A stretch of 62,288 nucleotides of DNA, the filler included, from Pirum gemmata (Eukaryota), in NCBI GenBank assembly GCA_002812295.1. It is 18 parts of 18 records of this genome, joined end to end, with 100 filler letters (N's around TTAATTAATTAA, not from the genome) between each part and the next. Parts side by side here need not be neighbours in the genome. Positions count along the whole stretch, not along the records: positions 50,126 to 53,078 come from PDIN01003924.1; positions 53,179 to 56,164 come from PDIN01003925.1; positions 56,265 to 59,225 come from PDIN01003926.1; positions 59,326 to 62,288 come from PDIN01003927.1; 14 more parts are not named here. One strand, 5' to 3'. The position numbers and the translations under genes were made by a program. The notes under the pieces were generated by a model. That model was not told the DNA's origin, did not search any database, and saw only the letters and a list, made by a program, of their open reading frames with translations. Below, one piece after another: positions 52,576 through 62,288 of this stretch (the stretch's first letter is position 1; each line of letters begins with the position of its first letter).

Positions 52576-53906
52576 AGGAGTTCAACTCCGACAAATACCG
52601 AAAACTATTTTGTTTTTACCCCCCAACCCACCCTCAACCTTAACCCTAACCGTAAGTTAATGTACCAGAATATTAAAAATCAAACGGGGTTTAACAGTAA
52701 TTAACGTTTACTGCTACTTAGTAACTAATTAATTAATCTTAGGCCAATTGATACGCATACACGCACGCTATTGAAATTATAAAAATAAAAGTAACATACT
52801 TATAATATATATAAACACAACGTAAATTAACTGCATGGGTAAAATCAGGAATTAAAACAAAAATTATTTGTATTAAATTTTAAAGTATATATGCTTTATT
52901 TATTGTAAGTAGCAAAATATTATTACCTTCGTTTAAATGTTAACAGCTGCAAGACTGTTAATTTGTAGGAACCCAAGAATTGCGTACATTATCAGGGTCA
53001 CGGTTAACACATGTACAACTGCAGCAAAATTAAAAATCTGGGCTTTTAGTTAGGGTTAGGGTTAGGGTTAGGGTTAGGNNNNNNNNNNNNNNNNNNNNNN
53101 NNNNNNNNNNNNNNNNNNNNNNTTAATTAATTAANNNNNNNNNNNNNNNNNNNNNNNNNNNNNNNNNNNNNNNNNNNNGGGGTTCCATATATTTCTGTAA
53201 AATTTATTTTTCAATATAATTAGAATATTTTATGGGTAGATTTTTAATGAAATTTGATATTTTTTTTATTTTTTTTATTTATTCTTTATTAAAAAACACC
53301 AATTTTTAATTTCAAATTACCTAATAAAAAATTGAAAGGACGTAAATATATCATTTACGATATTTTTAATAACAAAAGAGCAGGCCGTTTTCTTAAAACA
53401 CCCTGGATACCGGTATTCACACGTCCCGGTGGATATGAATGTGATTTCAGACATAATCGAATCAAACAGCTCGATCCTAATAATTAAATAATAACATTCT
53501 TTTTTTTTTCGAGTTTCAAGTTTTTTCTATGAAATTTTGTGAGCCAATACTTAAAATTAGATCGAAAATTTCGAACTAGTCTCGATGCGATTGTTTTTCC
53601 TGCATCTCCCAGTTCGGGTAGAAGTAAAGGCTCGGTACGCCAAAATTCCAAAACGAGGCCAATAAATAGGCTCGGTGTGAGTAAAATAAGTAAAAGCTCC
53701 GAAATTTTAAATTCCGAATGGTGCTCTTTAGGACCAGGAGTTATAAGGACCAATATTTATTTTTATTTTTATTCTTTGCTCACCTCATTTCTCTAACCCT
53801 AACCCTACCCCCCCTCCATGCTAGCTAGCCCTATACTTTAATAGGGAAGAGGGGGGTTCTCGTTTCCTTTACCTATAGTAATCTATGCCCGTCCGTGCTA
53901 GCCCTA

Positions 53907-54126
53907 GGAGATACAGGAAACATAATCGAATCAAAAAGCTCGGTTCTAATTATTAAATAGTGACAATTTTGAAATGACGTTCTTTTTTTTTTCAAGTTTC
54001 AAATTTTTTCTATGAAATTTCTAAGAATTTTTAAGAATTTTTTATGAAATCGAAAGTGAGTCAACACTTAAAATTAGATCGAAAGTTTAGAACTAATCTC
54101 GATTGGATAGTTTTTCCCGCATCTCC
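53907..54126. mobile_element. MITE family F with a 3-bp CTA duplication
   Basis: TIR GGAGATACAGGAAA / TTTCCCGCATCTCC, with CTA at 53904-53906 and 54127-54129. Related copies at about 53450-53610 and about 44915-45062 (inverted). Confidence 0.75.
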
Positions 54127-54445
54127 CTATACCTTAGTCCCTATGCTTGGGGGTAGGTTCGGGTTACAAACGAACCCTAAAAATGGGGTTACCCCTCCAT
54201 AATGTTTTACTAAAAATTAATTCATTTCAATCAATATATATATATATATAATTGATTTCAAATACTAAAGGCCAACTAACTTATTTCAATATATATATTG
54301 CAATACGAGTCATATAATATAAATAGGTACGCTCATTTATATTTGTAATTAAATGAGTCGGAAAAAGATAGGCCCGAAATATCACACACAATGGCTCGGT
54401 TTCTTAAATCAAATACGAGTCATTTATAAATATAGATTTAAAATA

Positions 54446-54690
54446 TTAAGTTAACAATAGTTCTAATTTTTTCAGTTGATATTGTAAATCGTAAATAATA
54501 TAAGAAAGCAAACAAGCCAATACTAAAAACACACCAAATACAATATTGTATAAAAGGAAGGGCTTTCTGTCTTCAACAATTTCTTTGAGTTGATAAATTT
54601 CTTGATGTAATTTTCGAATTTCATTTTTCAATTTTGAATCGTCATACGATACAGCTGGTTTATCCGATTCTTCTAATGTATTCGTGGTTA
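54446..54690 (-). CDS. Small coiled-coil plus single transmembrane protein, hypothetical
   Basis: TTNTLEESDKPAVSYDDSKLKNEIRKLHQEIYQLKEIVEDRK, then hydrophobic PFLLYNIVFGVFLVLACLLSYII; 5' end lost in an (ATT)n tract. Confidence 0.45.
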
Positions 54691-54699
54691 TTTATATAA

Positions 54700-54754
<55 letters not shown>

Positions 54755-54894
54755 TATTATTTATTATTATTATTATTTATTATTATTATTATTATTATTA
54801 TTGTTGTTGTTGCTGTTGTTTATTTATACTTATTCACAATAGTATCAGTACCGCGATTAATATAAACACTGTTCAATATTAAAAGAATATAACT

Positions 54895-56164
54895 ATGATA
54901 TGTAAATGTGGTTGTGGTACTCTACCATCTTTTAACTTTGAAGGACAAAGCAAACCATTGTATTGTACTAAATGTAAAAAGGATGGCATGGTTAATGTTT
55001 TAGGTAAAAAATGTAAAAGTGGTTGTGGTACTCGACCATCTTTTAACTTTGAAGGACAAAGCAAACCATTATATTGCACTAAATGTAAAAAGGATGGTAT
55101 GGTTGATGTTATAAATAAAAAATGCAAAGGTGGCTGTGGTACTTATCCTTCTTTTAACTTTGAAGGACAAAGCAAACCATTATACTGTACTAGATGTAAA
55201 AAGGATGGTATGATTAATGTTATACACATAAAATGTAAAGGTGGTTGTGGCACTCTGCCATCTTTTAACTTTGAAGGACAAAGCAAACCATTATACTGTA
55301 CTAGATGTAAAAAGGATGGTATGGTTGATGTTATACACATAAAATGTAAAGGTGGTTGTGGCACTCTGCCATCTTTTAACTTTGAAGGACAAATGAAACC
55401 ATTATATTGTACTAAATGTAAAAAAGATGGTATGGTTGATGTTAAAAATAAAACATGCAAAGGTGGTTGTGGTACTTATCCTTCTTTTAATTTTGAAGGA
55501 CAAAACAAACCATTATACTGTGCTAGATGTAAAAAGGATGGTATGGTTAATGTTGTATCTATTAAATGCAAAGGTGGCTGTGGCACTCGACCATGCTTCA
55601 ACTTTGAAGGACAACGCAAACCATTATACTGTACTAGATGTAAAAAGGATGGTATGGTTGATGTTGTATCTATTAAATGCAAAGGTGGCTGTGGCACTCA
55701 ACCATATTTTAACTTTGAAGGACAAGTAAAACCATTATATTGTACTAAATGTAAAAAGGATGGTATGGTTGATGTTATAAGTATAAAATGTAGAGGTGGT
55801 TGTGGTACCTATCATTCTTTTAACTTTGAAGGACAAAGCAAACCATTATACTGTACTAGATGTAAAAAGGATGGTATGATTAATGTTATACACATAAAGT
55901 GTAAAGGTGGTTGTGGCACTCTGCCATCTTTTGTGCAAACAGAAGAAAAAGTTGAAAAGGAGAAACGGAGCAATATAAGGATTAGTGAAAAAAATTACCT
56001 AGAACAACAACAACAAGAACAAGAACAAGAACAACAAGAACAACAACAAGATGATGATTCCAAATCTTCAACAACAAGCTTAAGAATTGGTTTGGAAAAA
56101 AAAAAACGAAAACATTCAGAGCAGGAACATTATCCAAAAATCGAATCTCTACGAAAACCGACTA
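54895..56164 (+). CDS. EsV-1-7-type cysteine-rich repeat protein: nine 37-aa repeats plus a partial tenth and a charged tail; truncated at the scaffold end
   Basis: Unit CKGGCGTxPSFNFEGQxKPLYCTKCKKDGMVDVxxxK (111 nt) matches the EsV-1-7 pattern C..GC...PSFN.EG......C..(H/C)K..GMV(D/N)V. Intronless and uninterrupted. Confidence 0.9.
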
Positions 56165-56597
56165 NNNNNNNNNNNNNNNNNNNNNNNNNNNNNNNNNNNN
56201 NNNNNNNNTTAATTAATTAANNNNNNNNNNNNNNNNNNNNNNNNNNNNNNNNNNNNNNNNNNNNCTAACCCCTAACCCCTAACCCCTAACCTCTAACCTC
56301 TAACCTCTAACTCCTAACTCCTAACTCCTAACCCTTATTAACTAACCCCCAACCTCTAACTCCTAACCCCATCTAACCCCCAAGGTCCCTAACTCTAACC
56401 TTTCTCTAACTTTAGAACCCTCTGAGAATAAAAAGATACTTAAGAGAACCAAGGCTATCAAATTTGACTTTTCCATATATACAGTAACATCGCTTTAAAC
56501 GATCCTCTTACTGCAAACTAGACCCCTTTTACTGCAAACTACACCCATTAATATCCAGGGCTCGCCTTCATATTTTTTGAGTGGGATCGATGAGTGA

Positions 56598-56780
56598 TCG
56601 ATGCAGGAAAAGGTTCCGAATCATATTCTGCTATTATGTTTTTTTGATTTTTCAATTGTCGAGTTGGGGTTTTGGTCGGTTTTATAGAAAACTCTGGACC
56701 CGACTCAAATTACTCGACAAATTTGAAAAATCACAAAAACATAATAGCAGAATACTATTCGAGACCTTTTTCTGCATCGA
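56598..56780. repeat. Long imperfect inverted repeat (fold-back), arms about 67 bp
   Basis: 56598-56664 TCGATGCAGGAAAAGG..TATTCTGCTATTATGTTTTT..TTGTCGAGT pairs with 56712-56780 ACTCGACAA..AAAAACATAATAGCAGAATA..CCTTTTTCTGCATCGA. Confidence 0.9.
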
Positions 56781-59325
56781 CCAAAAAAATATTTTACTGT
56801 AGAATCTTTGTAGTACTGTATATATGGAAAAGTTGGAAGAACTTTTTTAGAAGAATCGAATAAAAAGAGAGTGTGTCTAAAAAGATTGTAGTAAAATATA
56901 ATAATACTTACTAAAAATAGACTGTAAATAGATAAAAATGGAAAAAAAAAAATCCGAAGAGCTGTAATAAAGCGAATTAGCAGCTGAATTAGCAGTGAAT
57001 CAGCCTATTTTTATTTGGATTTCCCACTAAATTCACCTAAATTCCCAGTTTTCCCAGCTCAGCTGAGCTGAGCCACTTGGAATTGTTTAGAATTGTAAAA
57101 ATATTCAAAAGTGGTTCTCGTTAAAGACTCGTTTCGCTGGTTTGGGAGCTTAAGGTTTTTTTATTGGTTTATTATTTTCTTACTATTTTTCTGTTTTTTA
57201 GTTGGCAAATAAAAATGCCGATGTTTTTGCATGTGATGAAGTGTGGTGCTAGAAGTATGCAGAACTGTGGTGATCTCTAGGTGGTGATCTGTCTAGGGTG
57301 ACCTACAGGTGGTGATGACCCGCTTGATGACCCGAGGGTTAGCTAAGGTTAGGGTAGGGTAGGGTTAGGGTTAGGGTTAGGGTTAGGGTTAGGGTTAAGG
57401 TTAAGGTTAGGGTTAGGGTTAGGGTCCGACTCAGAGTGGAGTCTTGCCTGTCTTTGAGCCCGGTTTGAAGTTTTGAAGTTTGCCTACTATCATGATATTA
57501 GTCACCTTAAAGCTGGCCGTGAGTGGCCATTATTTGCAAACAAGAACCAGGAAAAAAAGCTGGGCTCTTACTGCTGGCTGTAATGAATAAATAAATAAGT
57601 ATAGACTACATATGAATAAATAAATAAATATACATATAAATAATATATAAATATATGTATAATGAATTGATTTTAAGTAGTAGTAGCGGTAGTAATAGTA
57701 GTACTAGTAGTCGTAATAAATAAATAAATAAATGCTATCACAGTAGAGTGGTTTACAACTTACCCTACTAAACTCCTACTTTAGTACTCACCACCCACCC
57801 CGTACTACGCCGTCTACATAATTACGATTTTTTATTTTTATTTTTTTTTATTTATTTTTATTATTATTTTTTTTTTATGCAACACTGCAAATTTTTTATT
57901 ATTATCATAGCCAGATAAAACTAGACTTCTTTTCTAAAACTTTTTACCAAGGAAAAAAAAAGACTTTTTTTTTGAAGTCCTTGAAAATACTAACTGTCTG
58001 ATATCGATAACCAAATTTCTTCACATTTGGTAGTACTTTTTGGATCATTTTGAGATTTTTGGATTTTGGGCTTATGGCGATCCGGCTTGGCAGTTGAAAA
58101 AAAAAAAAAAAGTTCCTGTTTTCCTAATAAAAAAGGAGGGGCAGCAGGTGTAATACGGTTATATAATATTACATAGTTAATTAAATTAAAGTTGTAATTT
58201 GTTGATTTGTTTCATACTGCTTTAAGTTTGGTATAAGTTAATGATTTGATTGTCACTTGGTTTTAGCTTGTTGTACTGTTCATAAGAATACCATAATATA
58301 TAGTCTATCATAAGCAATTATATTGTTCTTTTTAAAAATTTAAATATTGATTTTTAAATTTAATTATTTTTTTTTTTTTGTTCCTAGTATACTAACTACT
58401 AGCTAATAGAGAGGGTTAGGGTTAGGGTTAGGGTTAGGGTTAGGGTTAGGGTTAGGGTTAGGGTTAGGGTTAGATGTCATAGGCCTGAGCGTCCAAGACT
58501 CTGCGACTCTGAGACCTATTCATGATATCAGATACTTGGTTCATTGTAAATTGGTAGGATTTAATATATTACATCGTCTATTTTACTACAGCTGTCCTCT
58601 CAATCTTTAATTTGGTACTGTTTAAGTGTATAATTGAACTTGATTATAAAATAAAACATTAAGTATAAAATACCAAATTAATTAAAACATGTCTGATAAT
58701 TTAACCATAATAATAATTTGGTATGTTTATTTATACAACACTATTAAAAACACGATAACAATATAGTCTTATAGAGGAGGGATGTCACTCAAATTATCGT
58801 GTTTATCAAGAGTGTTGCCCAGTTCAAAAACCGAAATAAACTTATAATTACCAAAATTTAATTATTATTATGGTTAAATTATTAGACATGTTTTAATTAA
58901 TTTGGTTCTTTTCCCGATATATTTTGACGGGCGTCGTATTATAGTAATAATTTCTCAGAATAAGTAATACTATATAACTTATATATTATAACACAGCTAG
59001 CATCTTTTCCATATCATTTATGATAGAAATAATTGTAAAATGGGGGTACTCTAAAATTACCAAATTAAGGTGAGTATCTTACCATTTAAGGTAATAAACC
59101 ATTTCCGTCAGAGGAATAGGTTAAAAAAACTAAAAAGTTGCTAGTTCGCTCCTTTGTTCAAAAGTTATCGTGCCTTTCATTTATTTTGTCACTCCGAGTA
59201 TTTATTTGGTTGTTTATAATATTTANNNNNNNNNNNNNNNNNNNNNNNNNNNNNNNNNNNNNNNNNNNNTTAATTAATTAANNNNNNNNNNNNNNNNNNN
59301 NNNNNNNNNNNNNNNNNNNNNNNNN

Positions 59326-59669
59326 TTGTGTAATAATAATAATAATAATATGTTTTTATTATTATTACATAAAATCATAAATATATGTAATATAATAATA
59401 ATAGTAATAATAATAATAATAATATTTTTATTATCACATAATAAATAATATACAATAAAAATAATTTTTTATTTATATTTCGTAATAGGTCTAAGATAGA
59501 AGAAATAAAAGTTTTGTATGACAAACTTTCATAATAATAATAAATAATGTGTAATAAAAATAATTGTATAATAATGATAAAAATATTATTACTGTTATTA
59601 CATGATAAAAGAATTTTAATAGTAACAATATTTTATTATTATCATTTCATAAAATCATAAATATATGTA

Positions 59670-59704
<35 letters not shown>

Positions 59705-60319
59705 TTTTTATCATCACATAATAAATAATATATAATAGAAATAATTGTATATTTATATTTTGGAATAGATCTATATAAAAGAAGAAAAAGTTTTGTATGA
59801 CAAACTTTTATAATAATAATAATAAATAATATGCAATAAAAATAATTGTGTGATAATAATATTATTATTATTATTATTGTTATTATATTATAAATAATAT
59901 ACAATAATAGTATTTGTATAATATTAATAGTAATAATATTTTTTTATTATTATTACATAAAATCATAAATATATGTAATATAATAATAATAGTAATAATA
60001 GTAATAATATTTTTATTATAACATAATAAATAACATATAATAAAAATAATTGTATATTTATATTTCTTAATAATAGATCTAGTAGATATCATAGAAGAAG
60101 AAAAAGTTTTGTATGACAAACTTTTATAATAATATGTCATAATAAATAATATGTAATAAAAATAATTGTAAAATAATAATAATGAAAGTATTATTGTTGT
60201 TAAAAAACATAATAAATAATATGTAATAATAATAATTGAATAATAATAATAATAATAATATTTCTTTATTATTATTATATAAAATCAAAAATAAATGTAA
60301 TTGTATAAATGTCTTTATT

Positions 60320-60357
<38 letters not shown>

Positions 60358-60360
60358 TAA
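59326..60360. repeat. Extremely AT-rich tandem repeat, about 290-310-bp unit, 3-4 copies
   Basis: CATAAAATCATAAATATATGTAATATAATAAT at about 59367, 59648 and 59956; AAAAGTTTTGTATGACAAACTTT at about 59507, 59786 and 60101. Confidence 0.88.
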
Positions 60361-60749
60361 AATTTAACAGTCAGGGGGTGAATAATGAAAAAAGAGAAAA
60401 AATACCTCAACAACGCAAACGAAAGTTTGAATTTTTCATTAATTTTGTTGATTTGGTGAATAGAATAAATTCTCTTTTCATTATTTTAAAACCAATAAAC
60501 TGTATTTTATTTGAAAATTTAATGGAAGCGTAGGGCTAGCTAGGGATTTTATCAACGAAGAAGGTTATAAAAAGGAAAAAGACCAAACTGGAAGTGTAGC
60601 TGTAGGATTTTAGCAAGTCAAAGAAAAAACTGGAAGTATAGCGATAGGAGTTTAGCACCAGTGCAGTAAACTAATCAAGAGTTATAGTAAGTATAGAAAT
60701 AACTGAATTTTAGAAAACTAAATATGACATTAACAAGAAAGAAGAAAAG

Positions 60750-61333
60750 AAAATGGATGAATCAAGAATGAATGGATATAAAGTATTTTGAATTTTGAAA
60801 AATAAAATTCTTAGTATTAGCAGAAGATGCAAAAGATGCAGAAGTGGAAAAGGTGTTTATTGGAACATTAATTAACCCCGGAAAAGGTTGTATTAGCGAA
60901 AAGATTATTTACCTTATCAATGAATGAAAGTACGATGATTGCTAATTTGTGTGATGATGTCGGAGAAGATTGAATTACTACTCGATCAATATGAAAGGAA
61001 AAGCATCTTGAAACGCATTGCCAATAAAAAGAGTTTATTTAGTTTATTAAAAGATTTGAAGGTGGCTTCCAAAATTTTATAAATGAAATGAAAATACTTT
61101 GTGTAAAGCATAAACTAGCTGGTGGTGATGAAACATTAGAAGAAGTTTTGATAGCAATATTATTGTTTGGTAATTTACAAAATAATCAGCTATTAGATCC
61201 TACTGTTAATATCATTGAAACTGATGATAGAATCACATATGAAGAAGTAGTGTATAAAGTTCGTGATTATTTGGAAAGAATTGCGAGTGAGAATAACACT
61301 GCAGAAAAGGGGACACACGGAAAAGCCATGTAG
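60750..61333 (+). mobile_element. Degenerate copia-type gag fragment
   Basis: KLAGGDETLEEVLIAILLFGNL...PTVNIIETDDRITYEEVVYKVRDYLER resembles copia gag (L..G....E.....LL.GL......I......T.EEV...L); upstream frames are broken. Confidence 0.5.
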
Positions 61334-61699
61334 AAGAAAGATGTTTTGTTACAATAATAATGGACATACTGAAGAGAAATGTTGGAGCTGTACTAAGTGA
61401 ATGTAAAAACAATGTCATTGAACGAGTAGTGATTTATATATATTAATTAATTATTATTATTTCAGTCTAGTCTATTCACTCTAGGAACTCTAGGAGGTTC
61501 ACACTGTCCGTCCCACCTTCCTCTCCATCCATGTTTTGTGGAATAGGTCCTTTCCTTAAACTCATAATTTTCCAAATCAGTTTTTTAAAAGGAGTATTAC
61601 TAAGAACATTGTAGTTATCGATATCATTAGTAAATTTATCGATATCATTAGTAAATTTATTTGTATAACTAAAATGGTACTATTTAATTTATCATTTTG

Positions 61700-61990
61700 G
61701 TATTTATCGTCTATTTGCAACATTATTCTACCAATGTCACCATGGTTCTGGTTCTGGATAAATTCCAAGGGAGTCATATGCAATCTAACATGTGGCGTTA
61801 CATTTTTGATGGTACATAATGCCACCTACACCAGATAATATCAGTACCCCCATAAAGAGGCTACGGTACTAATAATAATTTCAGTACAACAGTACTATCC
61901 ATATCAGGTTATAGACATTCATCAGTTTCAGCTTTATAATCGTATTCCTTTTCTTTGTGATGTATACAATCACCTGAAGCTTTATATTCA
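61700..61990 (-). mobile_element. Possible degenerate copia integrase C-terminal fragment
   Basis: IW...ALCTIKNVTPHVRLHMTPLEF resembles W..A..TA.Y..NRTP...L..TP.E. Confidence 0.35.
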
Positions 61991-62288
61991 AGATATTTTG
62001 CCTTCTTACCTTTTGCGCCAGAGTAGTGTCTTCATCTTTTTCTTCAGGAGATAACTTCAATCAAAACAATTTTATTTCTGTTACTATTACTATTACTATT
62101 ACTATTACTATTACTATTACTATTACTATTACTATTACTATTACTATTACTATTACTATTACTATTCCTATTACTATTACTATTACTATTACTATTACTA
62201 TTACTATTACTATTACTATTACTATTACTATTACTATTACTATTACTATTACTATTCCTATTCCTATTACTATTACTATTACTATTAC

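Noticed and set aside
54879..55729. Overlapping repeat ORFs on other frames and strand of the EsV-1-7 gene
   Set aside because: Shadows of the 111-nt repeat, broken by stops.
50126..56164. Treating the virus-like cluster and the EsV-1-7 gene as one viral island
   Set aside because: They lie on different scaffolds separated by the spacer at 53079-53178; linkage is not shown.

Overview
This is not one continuous locus. It is a concatenation of 18 short (about 3-6 kb) scaffolds from an AT-rich, intron-containing eukaryote with TTAGGG-type repeats, joined by 17 artificial 100-nt spacers (44 N + TTAATTAATTAA + 44 N), so adjacency across spacers means nothing. Recognisable host genes: the 3' exon of an ABCA transporter, seven exons of the RNA polymerase I largest subunit, two exons of a trypsin-like protease, the start of a Methyltransf_16-like protein and a long Q/H-rich exon. 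Most of the rest is repeat: at least six MITE families (Harbinger-like, piggyBac-like, Tc1/mariner-like), decayed Ty1/copia and LINE fragments, minisatellites and hexamer microsatellites. The most interesting items are: (1) an intronless ORF of nine 37-aa Cys4 EsV-1-7-type repeats that vary mainly at a few fixed positions, fused to a charged tail with an NLS-like motif; (2) a tightly packed, decaying cluster of intronless virus-like ORFs on a separate scaffold; (3) telomere-repeat arrays inside transposon sequences, one with a clean empty-site comparison in this window; (4) an inverted pair of secreted Pro-rich paralogues, each broken at a homopolymer, flanking an unannotated dsRNA-binding-domain remnant; (5) a 128-bp minisatellite built around a 20-21-bp palindrome; and (6) a 183-nt fold-back hairpin. 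All family assignments come from motif recognition by eye and no searches were run.
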